Source: Oscillospiraceae bacterium | Lineage (GTDB): Bacteria; Bacillota; Clostridia; Oscillospirales; Butyricicoccaceae | Direction of reading: 5' to 3' | NCBI GenBank assembly: GCA_015068445.1 | Contig: SVKN01000003.1 | Location: 3,088 to 67,087, forward strand | Length of the DNA: 64,000 bases | In this document: positions 17,708 through 26,192 of the stretch, in pieces | Layout of the letters: every line of letters begins with the position of its first letter | Numbering within the stretch: the first letter of the stretch is position 1 | Made by a program: the position numbers and the translations under genes | Notes under the pieces: model-generated | Told to the model about the DNA's origin: nothing | The model's input: the letters and a program-made list of their open reading frames with translations, nothing else | Database searches by the model: none

Positions 17708-20700
17708 CTATCGATCCTCGCTGGACCAGCTTTCGTGGATGGGGACGTCGTCCTCACCGATGAAGAAGACGCGGTATTCGTCGGCCCCGTCGACGGTCAT
17801 GGAGCCCTCGGTGCGGCCGTTCTGGGTGACAGCAGCGATCTCAACGCCCAGGAATCGGCCCTCGCCGTCGTACCGGGCCACCAGCATCCGGGCGCCGCGG
17901 CCGCTGCGGGGCAGCTCCACGTCATAGTCGACCGTGCCGGAATCGCCCTCCGGCGTGACCTCGATGGACTCCTCCACGGGGCGGATGACCACGTGCGTGG
18001 CCATCTTGCCGTCCTCCGTCTCGGGATACCACTGTTCGCTGATCATGGTGAACCGGCCGTTCCACGGCTCGTCGATCACGGCGTCCTCCAGCGTGATGCT
18101 GCCCGTGAAATAGGGAATGGCGTAGAAGTCGCCCGTGGTGGTGACGTCGGCGCTGGAGCGGCGGACGACGAGGCTCGCGGGAGCCGCGTAGCCGCTGCCG
18201 GCGATGGTGCCCCAATAAGCCACGGCGTCCATGGTCAGCTCGTCCAGCGTCACGGTGGTGCGGCCTTCAGTGGCGATGGCGAAGCCCGCCCAGCCCTCGG
18301 AGGCGTCCAGCGTCACGGGCCCGCCCGTCAGCCGCGCGTCGTCCAGCAGGTGGACGCAGTCGCCGACGCCGGTGGTGATGAGCTTCGACCCGGGCTTGAA
18401 GTCGATGATGAGATTGCGGACCGCGCTTTGGATGACGTGCACGTCCTCCGTCGTGCAGACGCCGCGCACGCTAAGCGTGCGGTCGCCGTCGAAGGAGAAG
18501 ACGCCGTCGCCCAGGATATCGGCGCAGTTGCGCTCGTCGACCTGCGTGCCCGCGATATACAGCGGATACGTGCCGTTGGGCTCGATCAGAAGCGTTGTGA
18601 CGTACTCGTCGCTTCCGCTGACGCGGATGGCGCCATTTTTGATCTGATAACTCTCAGGCTCCGTGACAAGGCAGTCTTTGAACTCGATGCGCTGCAGGCT
18701 GTCCACCGCACTGATGGCCGTCACAAGAGACACCCGGCAGTGGTCGAAGACGACGCCGTCGCCGTAACCGCCCCGGACGCCAAACTGGGCGCGGACCGTC
18801 AGATCGACGTCGCTGAGCGTCAGTGTATGGCCGTAGGCGATGTCGAGGGCCGTCTGGCAGTCCGGCGCGTCGATGGTCAGCTTGCCCGGACCGGTGAACG
18901 TCACGTCGCCGTCGGAGAAGAGGAACTTATAGAAGCTGCCGGAGATCGTGCAGTCCTTCGCAATGACGACCTGCAGACCGTCGATCTTATTGAAGAGCAC
19001 GAACTCGGAGCTGCTGTTCACATCGCCGCTGATCGTCAGCGTATGATTGCCGTCAAAGGAGAAAACGCCGTCGCCGAGGATATCATCCCGGATGTCCTCC
19101 GCCACGTATACGCCGTTGACTGTCAGGTCGTAGAGGCGGTAGGAGACGACGCGGACCTCTTTGGCCACCGCACCGGATCCGTTGCAGATCGCACCGCTGG
19201 AAACGTCGGCGTCCGCAGGCTCCTCGATGCGGGTGGTGAGCTCGTATTTGACGATGGAGGCGAAACCGCTCGCCGCAGCCTCAGCTGCGTGGAGGCTGAC
19301 GTTCGCGCCCTCGTCGAAGTACAGCGTCGTGCGCTTTCCGCCGCCGCTGAAGCAGCGCGGGGCCGTGACGTCCAGCGTCACATTTTTGAACTGCAGCTGA
19401 CCGTTGCCCGTCATCCCGACGGCCGTGCCGCCGGAGCGCAGCGTCAGCTCACCGCCGGTGAACGTCGTTCTGCCGCCCAGGCGGAACAGATCGCCGTCGT
19501 TTGCCAGCGTTGCGGCGTCGGAGCAGCGGACGGTGAGACCGTCGATCGCGCTCTCGACGAGGGGCATTTCGGTATGGTATTCCGAGGATCGGTCGATATA
19601 CAGGGTATTGCTCGCCGCGTCAAACCGGAAGACCCTGTCGCCCAGGATGTTGCCCGCATTCCTGTCCGTGACCGGGACGCCCGTGACCGTCAAGCCGTAT
19701 CTGACGTTGAAGGGCTTGATCTGCACTTCGTTTACAGGGCTGCCGTCGAGATAGAAGTTGTCGGAAACGACGGTGTTCAGCGGCTTCTCCACGGAGCAGT
19801 GGTCCAGCGTGACGGATGAAAGGTTCGTGACCGCCTCCTGTTCGCCTGTCAGCCTGTAATCGCCGCTGGACAGATAAAGCGTCTCGCGCCCGGAAACGCC
19901 GCGGACTGCATGAACGCCTTCGACGGAGAGGGATTCGCCTCCGTTCAGATACAGCTCCGCGCTGCCGCGGGTATCGCCCACCACGATTGCGTCGCTCTTA
20001 TTCGAACGGATCACAACAAAGCTGGTGTTTTGGATCACAAGATCCCTCTTTGCCGCGATGACGGGTTCATCCGAGGTGAGCGTGACGACGGTGGAGTCGC
20101 TTTTGCCGATGCGGATCGTCAGAGGGATCTCGCTCTCGATCAGCGGTCTGTCCTTCGCCAGGCGCGATTCACAGCTGGATGTGACCGACAGGGTGCGGAC
20201 GCCGTCGAAGCTGACCTTGCCGTCACCCAGAACGTTCTTCCTGTTGAGCGACGTCACCTTGACGCCGTCGACATAGACCAGCCACTCGCGATAGGTGGCG
20301 AACAGGATCGTTTTGGCGTAAGGCGCCGCCGCCGTCGTGGAGCCGTCCGGCGCCCAGTCAGCGCTGCCCGCGCCTTTGCCCAGCAGCGCCAGCGCCTCGT
20401 CGTTCAGCCGCAGCATGAAGTTGTTGCGCAGGGAGGTGGTTCTGAGCACCGAATAGGTGTAGCCGTCCACGAGATGCTCGATGGCCATGTCCCAGCTGCC
20501 GTTCTTGTCGAGGTCGACCACGGTCCAGAGGCCAGTCGTCCCGACGGGCGAGCCGATCTCGCCGTTGGCCTCCCGATCCTCCTCCATGGCGATCTGACCG
20601 ACCTGCGCCGCTGCCCGCAGAGAGGGCATCACGTGGCCGAAATGCGCCTCGTCGGACAGCGTCACGGGACTCAGGGAACAGTCGATCGAATACATCTCGA

Positions 20701-22948
20701 TGGGCTCTGCGCCGCCGATGACCGTCACATGGATCGTATGGGTGCAGACGACGCCGTTTTTCAGATAGATGCGGAAGGATACGTCATAAGTGCCGCTCTG
20801 AGACGGAATACCCGTCAGCACGGGCGGCTGGTCGATGGTCCAGCTCAGGAACATGCCGGGGATCGCGCCGTCGATATTCTCGACCTCCACCACAGGCTGC
20901 TGGAACGCGCCGCAATGGATGGCGCAGTCCTTCCGCGTGCCGTCGGCCAGGATCGTAATGTTCTGACTGGTCGTCGTCTCCCGGACGGGCGTGACGTTCA
21001 GCGTCAGCGTCAACTCGACCTCGCTGCCGTCGGTGAGGATCATATGATAGACCGTATCGTACTGCCTGGGCCGTTTCGGAGTGCCGATGAGCACAGGAGC
21101 GTTTTTGCCGTCATAGACGAGGGCCATGCCCTCGGGCTCGGCGCCGCTGACGCGCTCGACAGAGAAGACGTCCACGTCCTCCCCGGCGTCCGTGCGCAAT
21201 ACGATGCCGTTGTGCTCGTCAAAGGTCCTGCCAAAGGGGATCGCGGTAGACTGCTCCAGCTCTGCGACCTTTCTGTCCGCCTCCAGCAGCAGGATATCGA
21301 AGCGATAGCTATCCTTCGACCCATCACTCCGCTTCGCTTCCCACAATCCATCAAAGTGGTTGATCGGATGGGGGTCGGAGCCCTTCGATACGAACCCGGG
21401 ATTGTCCTTCAGATTCGCATACAAACGGTAGGCATTGTCCTCCCTGCTGACTTTGAAGTATTTTATGGCGTCCCTGGGACCCTGTGAAAAATAGGTCCAG
21501 GCAGAGGTGTAATCCCAGGTGCTGCAGACGACATCATTAGACAAGCTCCCCTGCTCGAAGACAAAGCGGCGGATGTACTCGCCCGCCTCATTCCGGCTGC
21601 GCTCCAGCGGCAGAGTCCAGTCTGAAACGGGATGCGACGCCTTGTCCACATTGCCGTGGCCAGGATAAGGCTCCTGAGGCGAGACGAGCAGCGGGAAAGC
21701 GTAGTGATGCTCCAGCGCCCAGTCCAGCGTGAACCATTCCGCTTCCTTTTGAAAGTGACTCATGACAAGGCTGTTTGGATTAGTGAGGTCCCAGCCATTT
21801 CCATAACACCTTGTTACATAATTGAAGGCATCGCCGGCATTGCTGCCGCTGCGCAGCGCGTCAAAAAAGTACCTGCTGTGAGCATCGGCATAGGCGGTAT
21901 AAACCGGCTGAGTGAAGCCAACGGCCGTGTGGACGCCGTACTCCAGCAGCGGGCCGATTGTCTTGTCTGTGGACATCAGCAGACAGCTGTAGAAGTACGC
22001 CAGACTGTTGGGCGCAGGCTTGGGCATATGGTTGCGGATGACGAAGCCGTCCACGCACAGGCGGTGGCGGGCGCTCTTGAAGCAGTGGGGGTAGGAGCCG
22101 AACTCGCCCTCGCCCTCCGAGCGGTCGAGGTCTGTGATGCCCTCCTCGGAGCGGATCGTGATATAGGAGCAGTTGGCGAACTCCGTCTGGCTGTTTTCGA
22201 TATGGCCGACGCTGTAGGGCTGGTAGCCGTAGTCCGTGTTGCCGTGGGTATAGACGAACACGACGCCGCAGTTGGAAAAGGCCTGACCGATGGCGTCGAT
22301 GGTGGCGTCAAGGCCCACCAGATGGTATGCCCTGCCCCCGGTGTCCACGGCTGTCGCCTGGGCCAGCGTGTAGGGCGAATCGTCAAAGAACTCTTCCTCT
22401 CCCGTGTCGGCGACATAGAAGCCCTTCCACGGGTTGATGACCGCGATGTCGCGGCTGGTGGCCGTTTCGCTCATCAGCTCCACCACCTGGGAGCCCGTGA
22501 CGGTCTCGCCGTCCACATAAGCCTCGCTGACGTCCTCCGTCAGCTGCTCGCCCTGGGCCATTTTGCGCTCGTAGGGCGAATAGCCGTTGAGCTCGCCGTC
22601 AGCGGTGCGCCAGTAGAAGAAGTCGCCGTTGCGGTGCAGGCTGCCCTCCACGAAATCCTCGCGAGCGCGGACAAAGGCCTCCACCTGCTCGGAGATGGCG
22701 GCGTAATCCTCCTCTGCGGGCGCTTCGTCGCCCATCAGGCGAGGCATGGCCGCGAAGGTCTCCTCCTCAAAGCGGTCGATGGCCTCCCAGACGTCGCCCT
22801 CGCCGGACGACGCCCCGCTCCCGGGGGACGACGTCTCGCGCACTGGGACGTCAGTCTCCTCCAGCGCCAGCGCCGGCAGCATCCCCGCCGCCATCACCAG
22901 CGCCAAAAGCGCCGTCAGTACCCGCTTCCCGATCGTATATCCGTTCAT
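17708..22948 (-). CDS. giant secreted multidomain protein (1746 aa)
   Basis: SD GAAGGAGG lies 6 nt before ATG at 22948 (MNGYTIGKRVLTALLALVMAAGMLPALA signal peptide). Domains: N-terminal His/Cys peptidase-like region, two putative-Ig (He_PIG-like) segments, four tandem modules of about 190 aa, and a C-terminal beta-sandwich-like tail. Confidence 0.8.
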   Translation of the reverse strand: MNGYTIGKRVLTALLALVMAAGMLPALALEETDVPVRETSSPGSGASSGEGDVWEAIDRFEEETFAAMPRLMGDEAPAEEDYAAISEQVEAFVRAREDFVEGSLHRNGDFFYWRTADGELNGYSPYERKMAQGEQLTEDVSEAYVDGETVTGSQVVELMSETATSRDIAVINPWKGFYVADTGEEEFFDDSPYTLAQATAVDTGGRAYHLVGLDATIDAIGQAFSNCGVVFVYTHGNTDYGYQPYSVGHIENSQTEFANCSYITIRSEEGITDLDRSEGEGEFGSYPHCFKSARHRLCVDGFVIRNHMPKPAPNSLAYFYSCLLMSTDKTIGPLLEYGVHTAVGFTQPVYTAYADAHSRYFFDALRSGSNAGDAFNYVTRCYGNGWDLTNPNSLVMSHFQKEAEWFTLDWALEHHYAFPLLVSPQEPYPGHGNVDKASHPVSDWTLPLERSRNEAGEYIRRFVFEQGSLSNDVVCSTWDYTSAWTYFSQGPRDAIKYFKVSREDNAYRLYANLKDNPGFVSKGSDPHPINHFDGLWEAKRSDGSKDSYRFDILLLEADRKVAELEQSTAIPFGRTFDEHNGIVLRTDAGEDVDVFSVERVSGAEPEGMALVYDGKNAPVLIGTPKRPRQYDTVYHMILTDGSEVELTLTLNVTPVRETTTSQNITILADGTRKDCAIHCGAFQQPVVEVENIDGAIPGMFLSWTIDQPPVLTGIPSQSGTYDVSFRIYLKNGVVCTHTIHVTVIGGAEPIEMYSIDCSLSPVTLSDEAHFGHVMPSLRAAAQVGQIAMEEDREANGEIGSPVGTTGLWTVVDLDKNGSWDMAIEHLVDGYTYSVLRTTSLRNNFMLRLNDEALALLGKGAGSADWAPDGSTTAAAPYAKTILFATYREWLVYVDGVKVTSLNRKNVLGDGKVSFDGVRTLSVTSSCESRLAKDRPLIESEIPLTIRIGKSDSTVVTLTSDEPVIAAKRDLVIQNTSFVVIRSNKSDAIVVGDTRGSAELYLNGGESLSVEGVHAVRGVSGRETLYLSSGDYRLTGEQEAVTNLSSVTLDHCSVEKPLNTVVSDNFYLDGSPVNEVQIKPFNVRYGLTVTGVPVTDRNAGNILGDRVFRFDAASNTLYIDRSSEYHTEMPLVESAIDGLTVRCSDAATLANDGDLFRLGGRTTFTGGELTLRSGGTAVGMTGNGQLQFKNVTLDVTAPRCFSGGGKRTTLYFDEGANVSLHAAEAAASGFASIVKYELTTRIEEPADADVSSGAICNGSGAVAKEVRVVSYRLYDLTVNGVYVAEDIRDDILGDGVFSFDGNHTLTISGDVNSSSEFVLFNKIDGLQVVIAKDCTISGSFYKFLFSDGDVTFTGPGKLTIDAPDCQTALDIAYGHTLTLSDVDLTVRAQFGVRGGYGDGVVFDHCRVSLVTAISAVDSLQRIEFKDCLVTEPESYQIKNGAIRVSGSDEYVTTLLIEPNGTYPLYIAGTQVDERNCADILGDGVFSFDGDRTLSVRGVCTTEDVHVIQSAVRNLIIDFKPGSKLITTGVGDCVHLLDDARLTGGPVTLDASEGWAGFAIATEGRTTVTLDELTMDAVAYWGTIAGSGYAAPASLVVRRSSADVTTTGDFYAIPYFTGSITLEDAVIDEPWNGRFTMISEQWYPETEDGKMATHVVIRPVEESIEVTPEGDSGTVDYDVELPRSGRGARMLVARYDGEGRFLGVEIAAVTQNGRTEGSMTVDGADEYRVFFIGEDDVPIHESWSSEDR
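18040..20290 (-). repeat. four tandem protein-level repeats of about 190 aa inside the giant gene (approximate bounds)
   Basis: The motif V.G..V...N...ILGDG..SFDG...L recurs as NVLGDGKVSFDG, NILGDRVFRFDA, DILGDGVFSFDGNHTL and DILGDGVFSFDGDRTL. On the forward strand these lie at about 20228, 19640, 19075 and 18520, a period of 555-590 nt. Confidence 0.7.
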
Positions 22949-23062
22949 AACGCCCCTCCTTCTGACACTCAGGGTATAGTATTCCATTTACAGTATACAG
23001 CACCCCGCACCCCCGGGCAACACCCGTTTGGGTAGGGATGGCAAAAACGCCCGTATTCGACG

Positions 23063-23086
23063 ACAACTGTACAGACAACTGTACAG
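23063..23086. promoter_or_regulatory. tandem perfect 12-mers ACAACTGTACAG x2 (candidate operator)
   Basis: Two abutting copies, each containing the palindrome CTGTACAG. They lie in the divergent region between the giant gene and cas3. Confidence 0.4.
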
Positions 23087-23130
23087 TCATCATGTCATTA
23101 TCAGATCACAGTAGTCTGAAATGCCATACT

Positions 23131-23139
23131 ATGGTATGA
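23131..23139 (+). promoter_or_regulatory. extended -10 element upstream of cas3
   Basis: TGGTATGAT (TGnTATGAT) lies 20 nt upstream of the cas3 ATG. No good -35 is present. Confidence 0.35.
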
Positions 23140-23158
23140 TTGGAACGGAGGGATCCTT

Positions 23159-25309
23159 ATGACAAAAGAGTATTACGCACATATTTCGGAGGACGGCAGA
23201 AAACAAACGGTCCTCGCTCACCTTGAAGGTACCGCTGCACTGAGCGGCAATTTTGCCGCCGCTTTCGGTGAAAGGGCCGCCGGACAGCTGCTGGGGCTCG
23301 CGCACGACGTCGGCAAGTGTTCAAACGCCTTTCAAAAGCGTCTGCAGGGCGGCATGACCGTCGATCACGCGTCCGCAGGCGCCTACGAAAGCATTCGGGC
23401 AGATCCGCAAATGGGATATTGGGCCGCCTGCTGTATCGCCGGACATCACGGCGGCTTGCCCGATCTCGGCAATCCTATCACCGATCAGCCCGGTGATGGG
23501 ACCATGTTCGGGCGTATCCGAAAGGTACACGAAAAGCAGGTTCCGCCGTATGAGATGATCCTGTCCCTGCCGAAGACTGTCCGGCCGGATAAGGTCGGCG
23601 CCAGCCATCTTTCCGATTCATTTTTGATCCGGATGCTGTATTCCTGTCTCGTTGATGCAGACTATCTCGACACCGAGCAGTTCATGAAGCCGCAGAATGA
23701 CGCAGCCCTCCCTCACAGCTCTCTGCGGGAGTTGTGGGATCGGCTGGAAGAACAGGATCGACGGTTTCAGGACAAAGGAGGAGAGCTGAACCTGCTGCGC
23801 AGGCAGATCCGCGCCTCATGCCTGAAAAAGGCATTCCTACCAAAAGGGTTTTTTACTCTGACCGTTCCCACAGGCGGCGGCAAAACGCTGACTTCTATCG
23901 CTTTTGCGCTGCGTCACGCCATTGAGCACGGCATGGACCGCATCATTTACGTGATCCCGTATACTTCGATCATTGAGCAGACAGCCAAGGTCTTTCGCGG
24001 CATATTCGGCGAGGAGAATGTCCTTGAGCACCATTCCAACGCCGTTTATGAGGTCCCTGAAAACGGAAGCACCGGTCAGTACGAAAAGGTCAGGGCGACA
24101 GAAAACTGGGACGCGCCCATCATCGTCACCACTGCCGTCCAGTTTTTCGAATCGATATACAGCAACCGGCCGTCAAAATGCAGGAAACTGCACAGCATCG
24201 CCAACAGTGTAGTCGTTTTTGATGAGGCACAGATGCTGCCGATCAGCCATCTGCGGCCTTGTACGGCCGCCATCGCGTCACTGGTGGATCGGTTCGGTGT
24301 CAGCGCCGTCCTCTGCACGGCGACGCAGCCGAAGCTGGACGACCTGCTGAGCGAATATGCAGGCAGCCGCACGGTCACGGAGTTGTGTCCCGAACAGATC
24401 CGCCAGGCTGACGTCTTTCGCCGTGTCACATTTCGGGATATAGGCAAGACAGACGCCGGTCAGCTCGCGCGACAGCTTGCTGCTCATCGGCAGGTCCTCT
24501 GTGTCGTCAATACGCGGCAGTCGGCCCGGACGCTTTTCGATCTGCTGCCGGAGGAGGGACGCTGTCACCTTACGACCCTGATGACCCCTCACGACAGGCG
24601 ATTGGCATTTGAGGATATCCGGCGCCGTCTGGAGGCAGGTCTTCCCTGCCGCGTCGTTTCCACCTCCCTGATTGAAGCCGGGGTCGACGTGGATTTCCCC
24701 GCCGTATATCGGGAGCTTGCGGGGCTCGACTCGATCCTGCAGGCTGCAGGGCGCTGCAACCGTGAGGGAAAGCGCAGGGCTGAAGAAAGCGTCGTGACGA
24801 TCTTTCACGGTGTATCCGCTGTCCCGATGCTCCAGCGCATCAACGTTTCTGCAGCTGAGGAGGCGCTCGCTGCGTTCGGCAGCCCGGCGTCGCCAGAGGC
24901 GATCCGGCGGTATTTTTCCATTCTGCGCTCGCTGCGTGCCAATGAGATCGACCAAAGCGAGACAATCTCTTCACTGGAGCATGGAATTGATGGCTGCAAT
25001 ATACCCTTCCGGACTGTTGCGGAACGGTTCCACCTGATCGACAGCAATACGCGCACCGTCTATATTCCTCTCGGCGCCGGTGAGGCGCTCTGTGAGCGTC
25101 TTCTTGCCGGAAAGCTCGACCGCGCGGGCTTCCGCACGATCGGGCAGTACGGCGTCAGCGTATATGAACATCAGTTCCGGGCTCTTTACGCCGCCGGTTT
25201 GTTGGCGCAAGCGGACGAGGAGAGCGCTGTCCTGACAGACGTCAGCCGCTACGACGCTGCGACCGGTCTCTGTCTCGATGAACCGCAAGGCCAGGCAAAC
25301 TTTGTCTGA
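23159..25309 (+). CDS. cas3: CRISPR-associated nuclease/helicase Cas3 (HD plus DEAH-type helicase)
   Basis: HD motifs (LAHDVGKCS, AGHHGGLPD), helicase motif I PTGGGKT and motif II VVVFDEAQ. First gene of a I-C-type cas operon. Confidence 0.95.
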   Translation: MTKEYYAHISEDGRKQTVLAHLEGTAALSGNFAAAFGERAAGQLLGLAHDVGKCSNAFQKRLQGGMTVDHASAGAYESIRADPQMGYWAACCIAGHHGGLPDLGNPITDQPGDGTMFGRIRKVHEKQVPPYEMILSLPKTVRPDKVGASHLSDSFLIRMLYSCLVDADYLDTEQFMKPQNDAALPHSSLRELWDRLEEQDRRFQDKGGELNLLRRQIRASCLKKAFLPKGFFTLTVPTGGGKTLTSIAFALRHAIEHGMDRIIYVIPYTSIIEQTAKVFRGIFGEENVLEHHSNAVYEVPENGSTGQYEKVRATENWDAPIIVTTAVQFFESIYSNRPSKCRKLHSIANSVVVFDEAQMLPISHLRPCTAAIASLVDRFGVSAVLCTATQPKLDDLLSEYAGSRTVTELCPEQIRQADVFRRVTFRDIGKTDAGQLARQLAAHRQVLCVVNTRQSARTLFDLLPEEGRCHLTTLMTPHDRRLAFEDIRRRLEAGLPCRVVSTSLIEAGVDVDFPAVYRELAGLDSILQAAGRCNREGKRRAEESVVTIFHGVSAVPMLQRINVSAAEEALAAFGSPASPEAIRRYFSILRSLRANEIDQSETISSLEHGIDGCNIPFRTVAERFHLIDSNTRTVYIPLGAGEALCERLLAGKLDRAGFRTIGQYGVSVYEHQFRALYAAGLLAQADEESAVLTDVSRYDAATGLCLDEPQGQANFV

Positions 25310-25464
25310 ACGCAAAGGGCCAGAGCGTAAGCCCCGGCCCATTTGCCTCGTGATAGACATAATCACAATTTCAACCCGCAAACGCGTAAAAGCGTTCGAC
25401 AAGAATAGTATATCACTTTTGTCAACCGCAAATCTTTTATAAACATAATCACAAAAAGTTGATA

Positions 25465-25493
25465 TTGACATGTATTATCTGCTTATATATAAT
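25465..25493 (+). promoter_or_regulatory. internal consensus promoter in front of cas5
   Basis: TTGACA - 17 nt - TATAAT in an AT-rich 215-bp cas3-cas5 spacer. Confidence 0.55.
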
Positions 25494-25532
25494 TGAATTA
25501 ATCCAATTCACAAGAGAAAGGAGTTGTTCGAT

Positions 25533-26192
25533 ATGATCTCGCTCGAAGTATGGGGAGACTATGCGGCCTTCAACCGTCCGGAAATGAAGACGGAACGCGT
25601 TACCTATGACGTCATGACGCCGTCGGCGGCACGTGGCATCCTGGATGCGATCTTCTACCACCCGGGCCTGCGGTGGGTGGTAGACCGCATCACGGTCTGC
25701 TCGCCCATTCGTTTTACCAACATCCGGCGCAACGAGGTCAAGGATGTGATCTCTGCCAGCAAGGTCAAAACGGCGCTCAGGCGCGGTCCCGGCGATCTGT
25801 GCCTGGTCACCTCGGAAAGCATCCAGCAGCGAGCCGCCATGGTTCTCAAGGACGTACGGTACATCATAGACGCTCATTTTGAAATGACCGAGCGCGCCGC
25901 CGCAAGCGACAATCCGGGCAAGTTTCAGGAAATGATGCGCAGGAGAGTTGAGAAGGGCCAGTTTTATCATGCGCCCTATCTCGGCGTCCGTGAGTTCCCT
26001 GCCGCCTTTGCGCCCTGTTCCAACCGCCCTCCCTGCCCCGAGGAGCTCCGCGGCGAACGCGATCTGGGGTGGATGCTGCTGGACATGGATTACTCAGATC
26101 GGGAGAATATCCGCCCCATCTTTTTCCGCGCGTCCATGAAGGACGGCGTCATCGAGGTCCCGGATCCCCGGAAGGAAGGTGTTGCCGGATGA
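25533..26192 (+). CDS. cas5: Cas5c (Cas5d) pre-crRNA endoribonuclease, type I-C
   Basis: ISLEVWGDYAAFNRPEMKTERVTYDVMTPSAARGILDAIFYHPGLRW is the Cas5d signature. SD AAAGGAG lies 9 nt before ATG 25533. Confidence 0.9.
   Translation: MISLEVWGDYAAFNRPEMKTERVTYDVMTPSAARGILDAIFYHPGLRWVVDRITVCSPIRFTNIRRNEVKDVISASKVKTALRRGPGDLCLVTSESIQQRAAMVLKDVRYIIDAHFEMTERAAASDNPGKFQEMMRRRVEKGQFYHAPYLGVREFPAAFAPCSNRPPCPEELRGERDLGWMLLDMDYSDRENIRPIFFRASMKDGVIEVPDPRKEGVAG

Noticed and set aside
23063-23086. LexA/SOS box interpretation of the CTGTACAG tandem.
   Set aside because: It fits neither the Gram-positive Cheo box (CGAACN4GTTCG) nor the E. coli CTGT-N8-ACAG spacing. It is kept only as an operator of unknown specificity.
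26069-26188. N-terminal extensions in the ORF track: cas8c (26069), cas1 (29409), cas2 (30503), metQ (to 47943), purN (to 57872), purD (to 54732), purH (to 55843), and the 35881 gene (to 37821).
   Set aside because: The extensions overlap the preceding gene and lack an SD. They precede an internal Met that carries a canonical SD and the conserved family N-terminus. The shorter coordinates are used.
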